From a virus, in the IMG/VR virus record IMGVR_UViG_3300048904_000123, positions 960-64,959 of that record: 64,000 nt of DNA; one strand, written 5' to 3'. Every line of letters starts with the position of its first letter. The stretch's first letter is position 1. This document shows positions 45,287 to 55,286 of the stretch, in pieces. A program made the position numbers and the translations under genes. The notes under the pieces were generated by a model. That model was not told the origin of the DNA. It did not search any database and saw nothing but the letters and a program-made list of their open reading frames with translations.

Positions 45287-45669
45287 TACAGGTTACCCCC
45301 GTTCTTGCTCTTGTCGGCCGTCTCGACGGGCGCGACCTCGGTGGATGCGGGCTCCACGTCGGCGGCCGTCTCGATCGGAAGGTCGGGCGCTGCGACCGGA
45401 ACCTCCGGAAGCGGGGCCTGCGCTTCGACCGCAGCCATCATGATGGCCAGTGCATCGTCAGTGCTGTTGACGGCTTGGTCACGCTGCGCCTGCGCCGACG
45501 CACGCTCGCTCTGAAGTCGAGCAACCTCAGCAAGAAGCTTCGAGTCCTCGACGGTCTGCGACTGGTCGTTGTACGCCTGATCGCGTTCGGCAGTGAGAGA
45601 CGACACCTCGGCGCGCAACTCAACTGCATGTGCGAGCAGCTGATTCCGCTGCTCTTGACTCAATGTCAT
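45286..45669 (-). CDS. Coiled-coil protein with acidic tail
   Basis: Coupled at both ends; start MTLSQEQ. Confidence 0.65.
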   Translation of the reverse strand: MTLSQEQRNQLLAHAVELRAEVSSLTAERDQAYNDQSQTVEDSKLLAEVARLQSERASAQAQRDQAVNSTDDALAIMMAAVEAQAPLPEVPVAAPDLPIETAADVEPASTEVAPVETADKSKNGGNL

Positions 45670-46178
45670 GGTGTCTCCACTGTCTCCGTCTCGAACCAGC
45701 ATTCGATCCAGGATGTCTGAACGTATGATCCCTGGATTTCATTACTTAGGTACCGCTGAAGTTCGATCCCACGCCTTTGCAGACGCTCGCGACTATTATT
45801 CGCGTCCACGGCTAGCGCTGTCAACCCTATGTTCAGTGGCGAATCGCGGTAGAACATCCGCCACAGTCTGTTGCTAAGGATTGAGTGAACCGAGATACAT
45901 GCAGACTCGTCGGTGTCCTGGACGACGGTCTGCAGGATCACGCTGTACGTCTTTACTGTCGGCTCCGGCGTGCGTCCGATCTCAAACGAATCAGTGTTCG
46001 GACGCTTCATTGCCGGGAAAACTCCGACCGACTGTGTTGGGTCGGACGTACGAAGCGGACGACTGAAAACCTTCAAGGCGTTGTCGCCTGAACCTGTCGG
46101 GTCACAGAATGTCGGGATGCGCGCAACCAGAAGCGCGATGATGTTGTTCGGGAACTCTGTATCTGCGGCGGTGATCAC
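45666..46178 (-). CDS. Tail terminator (putative)
   Basis: Size and position upstream of the tail tube. Confidence 0.55.
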   Translation of the reverse strand: MITAADTEFPNNIIALLVARIPTFCDPTGSGDNALKVFSRPLRTSDPTQSVGVFPAMKRPNTDSFEIGRTPEPTVKTYSVILQTVVQDTDESACISVHSILSNRLWRMFYRDSPLNIGLTALAVDANNSRERLQRRGIELQRYLSNEIQGSYVQTSWIECWFETETVETP

Positions 46179-46684
46179 TAGATCATTCCTTCCATGAGGT
46201 ATGCAACCAACTCGGAAGTCACGAACAGTAGATCGTTCTGGTTGACGCCGATGACAGGTCGTGCTGGCGTTGATGGGTAGCTAGATCCCGACTGGGCTGT
46301 CGCAATCTTCTTGTTCATTGCAGCGTCGCCCGTGACAGGAGGATGTTGCAGTGTCGCTCCAGTAGCGTCCGTCTTAATATCCGAATGCGAGTTCACAAGA
46401 AAAGCTTTAAGCTGACCTGTACGAACGTTGATCGGATGATCTGCCGGATAGCCGTACGATGCACGGATCTGCTGGGTTGCCTGCTCTAGTGGATGCCAGG
46501 CTCCCGAGACATCGTCACCTTCTTTAGTGAACCTGTCCGAGATCCTGTTGCGGATGAAGTCATCGACCTTGTCGTCGAGGAAGTCCTGGAGTCCTTGCGG
46601 ACTCGTTCGATCCTCAAGTTGCTTCAGTACTTTATCGACGGTCGAATGATCCGCAGTTACCTGTACGTAGAAGCCCTGCGTCAT
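46178..46684 (-). CDS. Neck / tail-completion protein (virion morphogenesis family)
   Basis: RFTKEG...W.PL...T...R...HPIN.RTG.L...PARP.IG pattern. Confidence 0.65.
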   Translation of the reverse strand: MTQGFYVQVTADHSTVDKVLKQLEDRTSPQGLQDFLDDKVDDFIRNRISDRFTKEGDDVSGAWHPLEQATQQIRASYGYPADHPINVRTGQLKAFLVNSHSDIKTDATGATLQHPPVTGDAAMNKKIATAQSGSSYPSTPARPVIGVNQNDLLFVTSELVAYLMEGMI

Positions 46685-46692
46685 GACGGCTC

Positions 46693-47202
46693 CTAGTAAG
46701 TGTAAGGGCTGCGACCGCCGTAGTAGATGGGCGCTCGCGGTGCCAGCAACGACGTTTGCGCCGGGTTGCCGAACACGTCACCGAATGCCTCTACCACGGA
46801 CGCATCATCCTGGAAGCTAGCTACAGGTCCGGTGTAACGCTGACCTTCGCCAGGGTTAACGGGATCTCCACCAGGCAGAATGATCGTTCCATCCTGTATC
46901 TGAGTGAGAGCCATCATTGCCTGTGCTATCAGGTACTCAGCGTACTGATGAACCTGGTCGTCCTCGCCGGCCGCGTCGAGAGCCATGAGCAGCCGACCAC
47001 TTGCGAGGAAAGCATTGATCCGCTTCAACAGCAGGAACCCTGCACGCTGTGACTGAATGTTTTGGTCGAGGACAACGGGGGTGACGTACTGCAAGCCAAT
47101 GATCGAATCCATCTCGTCGGCCGCAGAGTTCACGTACGTGGTCGCCGAGGCTGGCGTTGGAACGTTGCCCAGCAGTAGATCACCAACACTGCAGTACGCC
47201 AT
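46693..47202 (-). CDS. Head-to-tail adaptor
   Basis: MAYCSVGDL...AADEMDSII N-terminus; position. Confidence 0.7.
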   Translation of the reverse strand: MAYCSVGDLLLGNVPTPASATTYVNSAADEMDSIIGLQYVTPVVLDQNIQSQRAGFLLLKRINAFLASGRLLMALDAAGEDDQVHQYAEYLIAQAMMALTQIQDGTIILPGGDPVNPGEGQRYTGPVASFQDDASVVEAFGDVFGNPAQTSLLAPRAPIYYGGRSPYTY

Positions 47203-47208
47203 CTCCGA

Positions 47209-47655
47209 TTACTCCTTGTCGGACTTCTTGTCGGCGTCGTCCGACTCGTCCTCGTCGTCCTTGATCGGCTGGCCCTGCGCGTTGGCCAGCGTCATCGCCT
47301 CGACGTCGGTCGGCAGGCCGGAGCGTACGAGCAGGTCCACGTCCCCCTGCGTCAGGTACGGCTTGTCGGTCGGGTTGGCGTAGGTGCGGTACTCCGGCGA
47401 GACGCCGATGTAACCGTCTACGTCGTTGCCCTCGACGCGGAAGTCCCGGCCGACGGTGCGGACCACGGTCAGGCCGTTCGGGGTCTCCCGCGCCTGGCCG
47501 TCACCCTTGTCCTCGGTGACCTGCGGGTCGGTGTCGCCCGGGGAGACCGTGTTGTCCTGCTTGATGCTCGGCGTCTTGACCGCGAGGCCCGACGGCGAGG
47601 TGTCCGCGCTCGTGCCCTTGACGGCCGAGTCCTTGTCCGCTGCGTTCTCCGCCAC
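47209..47655 (-). CDS. Acidic hypothetical virion-associated protein
   Basis: GTG after SD GAAGGG; strong codon bias. Confidence 0.65.
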   Translation of the reverse strand: MAENAADKDSAVKGTSADTSPSGLAVKTPSIKQDNTVSPGDTDPQVTEDKGDGQARETPNGLTVVRTVGRDFRVEGNDVDGYIGVSPEYRTYANPTDKPYLTQGDVDLLVRSGLPTDVEAMTLANAQGQPIKDDEDESDDADKKSDKE

Positions 47656-47675
47656 GGTGAATCCCTTCTGATGCG

Positions 47676-47714
47676 AAAAGGGGAGGTCGGGAGTCAATGT
47701 CTCCCGACCTCCCC
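47676..47714 (-). terminator. Rho-independent terminator after the capsid genes
   Basis: 14-bp perfect stem followed by TTTT on the minus strand. Confidence 0.8.
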
Positions 47715-47733
47715 CTGTCTGGCCGTTGGTCGA

Positions 47734-47931
47734 TCAGCGCTCGGTGACGGACACGATCCGCCAGTTGGTTCCCTTGCGCCCGGTGCCGGTGAACACGAGT
47801 CCACCGCCGCCGCCGTTGTCGCCGTGGTACGCAGTCGTCATGAACTTGCCCGTGCCGGTACCGCGAGGAATCTGCGCGATCTGGCCCGGGGTCTTCAGGG
47901 TGACCGTACCGTCTGCGTTCTTCTGTGCCAT
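47734..47931 (-). CDS. Small Gly-rich protein downstream of the major capsid gene
   Basis: SD GGAGG; strong codon bias. Confidence 0.65.
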   Translation of the reverse strand: MAQKNADGTVTLKTPGQIAQIPRGTGTGKFMTTAYHGDNGGGGGLVFTGTGRKGTNWRIVSVTER

Positions 47932-47943
47932 GTTGCGTACCTC

Positions 47944-49185
47944 CTAGTACACGTCGTACGTGAAGGTGTACTCCATGTGGGGGAAGATCGGGAAGGTCTT
48001 GATCCCGGTGCCCGCGTCGAGACCCCAGGGGTCCACGCCGAAGTCCTTCTCCCACTCGTAGAAGCCGGGCGTCCAGTTGCCCGCCGGGTGCGGCGAGGTC
48101 AGGAATCGGCCGAGACCGAGGCCCGTCTCGTCGAACTCGTTGATGTCCGACTCGTCCGGCAGGAACAGGACCCGGTTCTCCGGCATGTACCGATTCAGGG
48201 TGAAGCTCGTGCTGCCGACCGCGCGGGTGCGGTAGACGCTGTCGTACTCCATGAACGTCAGGCCGGTCTGCTGCTCGACGATCGCCTGAGCCGCGTTCGG
48301 GCCCCAGCCGTCGATCAGGTACCGCGGGTCACCCATGGTCGGGGTGGCGCCGGGGTTCAGGACCAGGCCGGTCCGCTGCGCGAAGAACGCGCTGTTCAGG
48401 ATGTTGTTCAGCGCCTGCCGCGAGATGAGCGCCCGGGTGATCCGGATGCCGTAGTTGTTCCAGGCGTAGTTCTGGATCTTGGTGATGTCGCCGATCGGGT
48501 CCGAGGTGTTGTTCGGCGTACTGTTCCAGGCCGAACCGAAGGTCCCCGTACCGAGCGCGTTGGTGCCGGGCGCGATGGCCTGCTGGTTGGCGGGCCGACC
48601 CCAGTCCACGCTGAACTTGATCTTGCCGTCGTTGTAGGCCAGGATGCCCGTGGACATCGAGGTCATGCCGAGCTGCTCGATCCGGTTGTCCAGCTTGCGC
48701 CGACGCCGCAGCGTGTCCCGCGCCATCTTGGCGTTGAACTCGCTCACCATGGAGCCGACAGTCAGAGCCAGCTCGTTGGTGTCCCGCATGGTCTCCTGGA
48801 TCGACAGCCAGTCGCGGTAGCGGCTGACGTCGGAGGCGACGTAGTGGTCCTTTACGGCCCAGTCGATGACCGACGCCCGCGCCTCGCCACCGAAGATGTC
48901 GTCCTTCTGGGCCAGCTCCGACTCCGCGTCCTCGGCCCGTGCCGGGGCCAGGCCGTCGGTGATCCCCCGTGCGTACTGGAAGATCACGTCGTCGGTCGGG
49001 ACCTCCATGAAGGGGAACAGCTGGAGGGCGATGTGGTTGTCCGGGGGAACGATCTCCCGCACGACACCGAGCGCCGTCTCCTGCCGCACCAGGCGGTCGC
49101 GCCCGATCGGGGATGCGAACTGCGAGCCGGAAGGCCCACCCGCGAGCCCGGCCGCAGCCGAACCAGCCAGTCCGTTGATGTTCAT
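47944..49185 (-). CDS. Major capsid protein (lambda gpE-like)
   Basis: Follows protease and decoration genes; very strong codon bias; start MNINGL after GGAAGG. Confidence 0.85.
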   Translation of the reverse strand: MNINGLAGSAAAGLAGGPSGSQFASPIGRDRLVRQETALGVVREIVPPDNHIALQLFPFMEVPTDDVIFQYARGITDGLAPARAEDAESELAQKDDIFGGEARASVIDWAVKDHYVASDVSRYRDWLSIQETMRDTNELALTVGSMVSEFNAKMARDTLRRRRKLDNRIEQLGMTSMSTGILAYNDGKIKFSVDWGRPANQQAIAPGTNALGTGTFGSAWNSTPNNTSDPIGDITKIQNYAWNNYGIRITRALISRQALNNILNSAFFAQRTGLVLNPGATPTMGDPRYLIDGWGPNAAQAIVEQQTGLTFMEYDSVYRTRAVGSTSFTLNRYMPENRVLFLPDESDINEFDETGLGLGRFLTSPHPAGNWTPGFYEWEKDFGVDPWGLDAGTGIKTFPIFPHMEYTFTYDVY

Positions 49186-49228
49186 GCTTGCCTTCCTGCC
49201 TGCTTGAAGAAGTAACCCGGACGCACGA

Positions 49229-50020
49229 TCAGGCCCAGCCGATCCCGAGCTTGCTCGGGTTGGACGCGTCTGCACCCGGCCGCATGGCCAGTGCCGTGGT
49301 GTTGGTGACCGCGATGAACACGCCTGCAGCGGTCATCTCGAAGCACCAGCCCTGCACTGCGGTGGCGTGGTAGCAGACGGCGACCTCGCGGTCGGACTCC
49401 ATCAGCTGCCACGGGAGGAACGTGTCGTTCAGGCCGACGATGTTCGTCAGGGTCTGACGACCGTCCGCCGCACCCGCGACACCGGCGGTCGAGGTTGCGA
49501 AGGCCGCGCCCGGCGTGCTGCCGGTCAGGCCCGTGGTGGTGATGGTCAGGGTCGGGGCGTCGCCGCTGTAGTTGCCGTAGAAGGTGAACGTCAGCGGGGT
49601 GGCCGGGAAAGGGCCACCGCCGACGAGAACGTCACCGGGAACGACGGCCGCGAGAGCCTCGAGCGCTGCCTGCACCGTTGCCGCCGAGGCGTTGTACGCG
49701 ATCGGCGAGGTGGTCTGGCCCGCGAAGGTCAGCGTGTAGGTACCGCCGGAGACCGTGCCGGACGCGGTCAGCGTCTGGACCTCGGCCGTGCCGGAACCCT
49801 GGAACGGACCAATCTTGCCGGCGTCCGGACCCGAGGTGATCTTCGCCATGACGACACCGCGCTGCAGGCTCTTCTGCCCGCCGACTCCGTCGATGACGGT
49901 TGCCGGGACAGTGGCTGCCGCCACCGTGTAGGACTCGAACTTGCAGCCGACGGTGGAACGCAGGTACTCGTTCCGGCCGAACGGCGTGTTGATGTTGTTG
50001 TTCTTGGTGAACGATGCCAT
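49229..50020 (-). CDS. Head decoration protein (gpD-like) with an inserted ~100-aa module
   Basis: LQRGVVMAKITSG...GKIGPF gpD-like; directly upstream of the capsid gene. Confidence 0.7.
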   Translation of the reverse strand: MASFTKNNNINTPFGRNEYLRSTVGCKFESYTVAAATVPATVIDGVGGQKSLQRGVVMAKITSGPDAGKIGPFQGSGTAEVQTLTASGTVSGGTYTLTFAGQTTSPIAYNASAATVQAALEALAAVVPGDVLVGGGPFPATPLTFTFYGNYSGDAPTLTITTTGLTGSTPGAAFATSTAGVAGAADGRQTLTNIVGLNDTFLPWQLMESDREVAVCYHATAVQGWCFEMTAAGVFIAVTNTTALAMRPGADASNPSKLGIGWA

Positions 50021-50058
50021 TACTTTGTCCTTTCCCTGGCTCTACTTGTCGAGCCTGG

Positions 50059-51264
50059 TCAGAGCCGGAAGGACGGGTCGAGTGCGACCAGGCGCGTGTA
50101 GGAGTCCATCTGCTCGATGGTCTTCTTGGGCGTGCCCGCCGCCTTGTGCATCCCGACCTGCTCGCGCAGCTGCGCGATCTCCTGGGCGGAACCGTTGGCC
50201 GCGTGCTGGGCCGCCGGTGCCACGCCGCCGTTGGCGACACCGCCACCGTGCTGGCCGAGGAGGGCCGGAACCTCCATGTCGTCGAAGGTCTCGGTCCAAG
50301 CCGTGTACTGATCCGGGGACAGGCCGAGCGCGAACTTCTCGTAGGACTCCTGCTTGGGCGCGGGCAGCTTGTTGCTGGCCACGAGCGCCTTGACGAAGTT
50401 CTTGCGGTTCGACTCCTGCGTGTCCGAGCGGAACGCTTCCAGCTGGGTGATGTGCGCCTGCACCGCGGCGAAGTCCGAGGTGTTCGCGCCGTTCACCGAG
50501 AACACGAAGGGCTGCGCGGGAGCCGCCGGAGCCCCGTGCTGGGTGCTTGCCGCCGGTGCGGTTGCTGCGGGCTGCGTGCCCTGCTCCGGAGCGGCCGGGG
50601 AGTTGTCTCCCACGTTCTTCTCCTTGCTGTCGAACATGACGTAGACCCTGGGGGCCGCGCCCCCTGCCTTTGATGCGCTGAAGTTTAGACCCTCCACTGC
50701 CGGGATGTCAACATAGGCAACACCCATGTAAACCGGCCAATGTTCGGCTTCAGCATTCGTGGTGTACCCGCCGATCTCCGAGGACCGGTTCAGCCACAAG
50801 CCCGAGTCGATATCGCGCTGCGCATCCGGGTCGAGAATCTCGTAGTCGGCCATGAGGTAATCATACGTCTGGCCGTCGTGAGGCGCGACCAGCGACTCCA
50901 CTCGAAGATCAGTGTGCCACCCGACGACCTTGCCGGTACCGGGAGTTCCGTTGACCAGCCAGCCGGGGTGGCCGTCGCGAACCGGAACGTTGGCGAACGT
51001 TCCGTTGTTGCGAAGGTATTCCCAGTTGGTGACCATCTGGTTCAGGTGCAACTGCTCCCAGGTGTTCTGGTAGCCCATGCTGTCACGGAAGGTACCCGAG
51101 CGAAATACTGCGACCCCCTCCATGCGCAGTACCGTGCCCTTGTCCGTCTGCTTCTTGTACTGCTTCGGCTTGATACCGAAGCCGTTGTTCACAGAGAACG
51201 TGCTCCGCTGATGCAGGCTAACCAGTGCCTCTTCGCCTAGATCAGCCAGCGTTGGCGCTGTCAT
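50059..51264 (-). CDS. Capsid maturation protease / scaffold fusion
   Basis: RDGH...VGW...RSSEI...GVAYVDIPAVEGL (Mu gpI-like), helical C-terminal half. Confidence 0.8.
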   Translation of the reverse strand: MTAPTLADLGEEALVSLHQRSTFSVNNGFGIKPKQYKKQTDKGTVLRMEGVAVFRSGTFRDSMGYQNTWEQLHLNQMVTNWEYLRNNGTFANVPVRDGHPGWLVNGTPGTGKVVGWHTDLRVESLVAPHDGQTYDYLMADYEILDPDAQRDIDSGLWLNRSSEIGGYTTNAEAEHWPVYMGVAYVDIPAVEGLNFSASKAGGAAPRVYVMFDSKEKNVGDNSPAAPEQGTQPAATAPAASTQHGAPAAPAQPFVFSVNGANTSDFAAVQAHITQLEAFRSDTQESNRKNFVKALVASNKLPAPKQESYEKFALGLSPDQYTAWTETFDDMEVPALLGQHGGGVANGGVAPAAQHAANGSAQEIAQLREQVGMHKAAGTPKKTIEQMDSYTRLVALDPSFRL

Positions 51265-51442
51265 CGACTACCTCCTCGACATCGTCGTCCGGGTCGTACT
51301 GCTTGTTAGTGCGCACGTTCTCATCGTCATAGTAGTAAGCCATGACTCGAGCCGGTCGCGCACTCTCGAACACGTTCACGATCTCACGAGGCTTATCGTC
51401 GATGAGGATCTTCATTCCACGCTCAATCTCAGACGCCTTCAT
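51242..51442 (-). CDS. Small SH3/KOW-like protein
   Basis: MKASEIERGMKILIDDKPREIV. Confidence 0.55.
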   Translation of the reverse strand: MKASEIERGMKILIDDKPREIVNVFESARPARVMAYYYDDENVRTNKQYDPDDDVEEVVDDSANAG

Positions 51443-51711
51443 GCGTTCACCTCCTGCACTTCTTTTGGTTCGGTTGTCTCTTGCAACTCAGCTTCCGCAG
51501 ATCCCTTTCGGAATACTACGGTGTGCCAACGAAAGCATTCTCTGCAGCAGATAGTGACTTCGCCCCCGAAGGCAATGAACTCTGCAAAGACCCTTCGTTG
51601 CTTAAAGACCTTGACGTGGATGTACACGCGCCCCCGCGAGTCCAGTCCATAGATCGCCAGTAACGGTCTGCGTAGACAGAAACAATTCAGTCTGTGTTTC
51701 GTTCCCTCCAC
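51439..51711 (-). CDS. Zinc-ribbon protein
   Basis: LNCFC ... ICCREC. Confidence 0.6.
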   Translation of the reverse strand: MEGTKHRLNCFCLRRPLLAIYGLDSRGRVYIHVKVFKQRRVFAEFIAFGGEVTICCRECFRWHTVVFRKGSAEAELQETTEPKEVQEVNA

Positions 51712-51712
51712 A

Positions 51713-53425
51713 TCACACCCGCTCGATTGCAAGTTCAAGGCCACGCTTCACGACGTGGGCCATGGCCGCGACCGAACCAAAGGCGCTGGCACCCGCCCCG
51801 ATAACGTCCCCTACGTACCCGGCCGCACGATCGTACGCGGCTTCGGCTCGGACGCGACCGGCACCCTCATCCACGAGGGCGGACACGAACTGCTTCCGGT
51901 ACCCCAGATCAGGCGCAAAGCCTGAACCAAGAGTTCCGTCCCGCTCTGCTCGGGTAATCTGAGCGACGAGACGTTCGTGCATCGCCTCAGCGATTCGCCG
52001 AGAACTCTGGCTCGCGCTGCCCGATCCGCCTTCGGAAGAAGGATCTCCGCTCGACGGATCCTCTGTGCTGGGGTCAGTTGCTGGTGGGGCATCAGGCGCT
52101 GTCACCTCCTGGACCTCTTCGAAGGTCATGCCAGCGATGTCGCCCAGTTCCGTCAGATCAGGCTTGACAGTGTTGTTCGACAGCATCTGCTGAAGCATGA
52201 CCTTAACGAGGTCCATCTTGTCGTCGCCGAGTTTGCGGAACTTGATCTTTGCGCGCGGGCTGGTCGGGCTAAAGTTCACATCGACCATGCGCGACAGGAT
52301 GTACTCGTTGATGTAATGCGCCCAGTCACCTGCGATTGCATTGAGCATCTGCAGGTAAACCTGTGCGTGCGTCGTGCCGAGGTTGTAGCTGCCGACATCC
52401 GCAGTACGCAGCATGAGCAGTGGAGTGAACAGCGACAGACTGATCTCTTCGTCCAGCCGCATCAGGTACCGCTCGAAGTCGGCACCTCGCATCTGCGACT
52501 CGAGGTACTCAATGTCGTAGTCGTATGCCGTCTCGGTCCCCTGTGTGCTACGCTCGTTCGGAAGAACGACAGCGCCACGGTTGCGAAGCTGCTGGAGGAT
52601 TCCCAGCATCACTGACGTGCCGGACTTCTGTTCTCCATTGACGCCGATCGTATCGTCGTACGGGGCACGTGCAACAGGAAGAGGCTCCCCGAACCGCTCG
52701 AAGTACCTGTTGCTGAACAGGTGCATGATGATGCTGAAGAACCAACTCGTGAACGCGGGACGAAGAAGCTTCTTCCCGTACCAGTCGCCGTTCTCCATCA
52801 GTAGCGGATACCACAACGAGTTCTCGCTCGGCACCGGCCAGCCAGCACCGTAGATCTTGATGCCGTCGTACACCTTGATCTTGGGAGGAATGCGACCAGG
52901 CGGAGCCCAGCCTTCCACGTCCTTCCAGTTGACCTCACAGTCTTCCGGAGGGAGGTCCTTGATCTTAGTTAGCTGAACGGTCTTCCCAGCGAGATCGTTT
53001 TCCCACTGAAGAATAGAAGGCGAGAACCCCGCCCAGAACGCCTGACTGAGAGAACGAACAAGTTGTGTCCACATGGTCTCCAGGTTGGCCTGGCAGTGGT
53101 CACGAATCTTGGCGTTGTCACACTCGATCCTCCAGTCGAGCTGGTGCATCATGAAGCTGAGGACCGACAGGCTTGCGTTGATCTGGTAGTGATCCCGCAT
53201 CATCCGGAAGTCGGAGAGTGTCAAACGGCTCAGATCGAACTGAATAATCCCGCCACCCGGCAAGGAGTAATAGCTCCGATCGACCCCCTGCCACGATGGC
53301 CCGAATGCTTCACCCAGCTTGGGCGGATCGGCCTTCTTGTGATTGGATGTCTTCGGAGCCTCACTCGCCGGTGGCAAGATCTTTGCGCGCAGCTTAGCGC
53401 CGCCGCTGGACGTCGAGTCCGTCAT
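51713..53425 (-). CDS. Portal protein (DUF935 / Mu gp29-like)
   Basis: YFERFGEP and GSYNLGTTH motifs; follows TerL. Confidence 0.85.
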   Translation of the reverse strand: MTDSTSSGGAKLRAKILPPASEAPKTSNHKKADPPKLGEAFGPSWQGVDRSYYSLPGGGIIQFDLSRLTLSDFRMMRDHYQINASLSVLSFMMHQLDWRIECDNAKIRDHCQANLETMWTQLVRSLSQAFWAGFSPSILQWENDLAGKTVQLTKIKDLPPEDCEVNWKDVEGWAPPGRIPPKIKVYDGIKIYGAGWPVPSENSLWYPLLMENGDWYGKKLLRPAFTSWFFSIIMHLFSNRYFERFGEPLPVARAPYDDTIGVNGEQKSGTSVMLGILQQLRNRGAVVLPNERSTQGTETAYDYDIEYLESQMRGADFERYLMRLDEEISLSLFTPLLMLRTADVGSYNLGTTHAQVYLQMLNAIAGDWAHYINEYILSRMVDVNFSPTSPRAKIKFRKLGDDKMDLVKVMLQQMLSNNTVKPDLTELGDIAGMTFEEVQEVTAPDAPPATDPSTEDPSSGDPSSEGGSGSASQSSRRIAEAMHERLVAQITRAERDGTLGSGFAPDLGYRKQFVSALVDEGAGRVRAEAAYDRAAGYVGDVIGAGASAFGSVAAMAHVVKRGLELAIERV

Positions 53426-55286
53426 AAATTCCCCCACCTGGTTGCAGACCAGATTGGCCCGACAGTGACACAGGCGCAAGGGAAGGGATCTGCGGAGAAG
53501 TCGGAGAACCGTTCCGTTGTTTCTGCTGTACCGTAGGATCGTACTCGTCTGTCCGGTTAGTCAAATCGCCTCTCGGCGTAGGAGCTGAGTTTCGCACACC
53601 CCGGCGGTATTGTCTATCCCCGGCCAGCAACGAACATACGCCAGCCATGGCATCGGCCACGTCCTTACTACCACCTACCGGGTGATCGATCTTCTTTCCG
53701 GTGTCTACGAGTTGCGTCAGTTCTTGGTACGCGATCTCTACCTGCTTAGAATCGCCATGCTTCAGGAGTGTCATGTACTTGGGAAACTCGATCCGCTCTT
53801 CGTAGATCGCATCCCGCAAGTCCTGATAAGGTAGCATGGAACGGTCAACAGATAGATAGTCTGCGTCCAGCCTGCGCTTGTTGAGTTGCTGGATCGTGTC
53901 TGTACTCTGGAATCCGTCCAGCGTTACCTTGCGAATATTGAATCCCAGTTCATCTCTGAGTTGATAAACCGTCTGCCGCACGTCGCCAAGGATGATCTCC
54001 CGTCCAGGCAACGGCTTAATACGCGCGATGAAATCGAAGACGATGACCGGACGTTCCTCTTCATCGACCTCCTTTAGTTCGCGAACGTGCCCCATCGCCA
54101 TACCTAGAGCGTCACCCTCTGCACTGTATGCAATGTCGATGTGCATGACCCGACGCAGTCTGTCGTTAGCCCTGAACCATGGGGCAAACTCCACTCGCTC
54201 CAGGATCGGCATGACTGGCGATGCTTCGATACCAAACCTCGAGTGCCAGCGCTCCGTGGCCGAGTCCACCTTGAATGTCATCCCGATGAAAGGGTTGCCG
54301 ACTAGCGGCGGAATCCCTGCCAAGTCCTTCAGCGCCTTGTCGGGATCGTTCATGAACTGCTTCTTGTAGAGGTTGGGAATCTCCATAAAGTCAGAGTTCA
54401 CGACCACAGAAGCTATGAGGCTAGAGACTTCCATCTTGCGACGAACATCGAACCAGAAGCTGTCGCGAGTTCCATCAGGCTTAAGGTACTTGTCCCAACC
54501 AAAGGATTCCCAGATCGTCATGCGACTGGTGTATGCATCCTCGTCCTGCTGAAAGTCTGCATACTTCTGCGACGCGAACCCGGTAGACTTCTTCATCTGT
54601 CCAATCAAGATAAGCAGACCACGATCTCCGAAACGCGACGTGATGCGGTTCGAGATCGTGTTATAGCCGTTAAGAGCATAGTCCGCTTTGGGGGTAACGC
54701 GATGCGAGTCCATCTCATCGAGAACGCCGCCGAGGATGTTGTATCCTTCGAAGGTTGTCTCCGAAGAGTCGCCAGGTACAATCCAGATATCCTTCGCGGG
54801 CCAACGCATCTGATTCTTAAAGGACGGATCTTGCGGCCACTTCTTGAACCAAGGAGAGTGCTTGATTCGAGCCACAACATCGGCGAAGATGACTTCACGA
54901 GCTTGATCCTCTGAGGTAGACATCATCATGAAGGCGATGCGAGAACCCGGCATCAGGTTAAAAAACTTCTGCGGGTCCTTCAAGCACAGCACCCAATGAA
55001 CCATGTACGGAAGAACGATGCTTGCAAACGTCGTCTTACCGATACCGATCGCGCCAGTCATCATGGCCTCTTTGAACTTGGCCAGGCTGTACGGCTGAGA
55101 CTCCTCGCCGAAGATATCAACCAGAACTGTACGCAGGCCGGGCCGGACATTAGCCTCGATGTTAAGGTAGCTATCACTCAAGAACTCGACAATGCTGGCC
55201 GGCCGCTCTTCGAAATCAGGGTTGTTCTTAAGCCAATCCAGTTCTCGTAGACTAGCTTTGAATTGCTCGTCGGTCAGGTTGCTCAT
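53394..55286 (-). CDS. terL: Terminase large subunit
   Basis: GAIGIGKT, LDEMD, HIDIA...DALG, KDVADA. Confidence 0.9.
   Translation of the reverse strand: MSNLTDEQFKASLRELDWLKNNPDFEERPASIVEFLSDSYLNIEANVRPGLRTVLVDIFGEESQPYSLAKFKEAMMTGAIGIGKTTFASIVLPYMVHWVLCLKDPQKFFNLMPGSRIAFMMMSTSEDQAREVIFADVVARIKHSPWFKKWPQDPSFKNQMRWPAKDIWIVPGDSSETTFEGYNILGGVLDEMDSHRVTPKADYALNGYNTISNRITSRFGDRGLLILIGQMKKSTGFASQKYADFQQDEDAYTSRMTIWESFGWDKYLKPDGTRDSFWFDVRRKMEVSSLIASVVVNSDFMEIPNLYKKQFMNDPDKALKDLAGIPPLVGNPFIGMTFKVDSATERWHSRFGIEASPVMPILERVEFAPWFRANDRLRRVMHIDIAYSAEGDALGMAMGHVRELKEVDEEERPVIVFDFIARIKPLPGREIILGDVRQTVYQLRDELGFNIRKVTLDGFQSTDTIQQLNKRRLDADYLSVDRSMLPYQDLRDAIYEERIEFPKYMTLLKHGDSKQVEIAYQELTQLVDTGKKIDHPVGGSKDVADAMAGVCSLLAGDRQYRRGVRNSAPTPRGDLTNRTDEYDPTVQQKQRNGSPTSPQIPSLAPVSLSGQSGLQPGGGIYDGLDVQRRR

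Noticed and set aside
47501-50673. Long alternative-frame ORFs over the capsid genes (e.g. 47671..49215 +), also 24578..25786, 39746..41512 and 14292..15317
   Set aside because: Antisense or frame shadows expected from strong GC3 bias; R/G/A/V-rich, with no motifs
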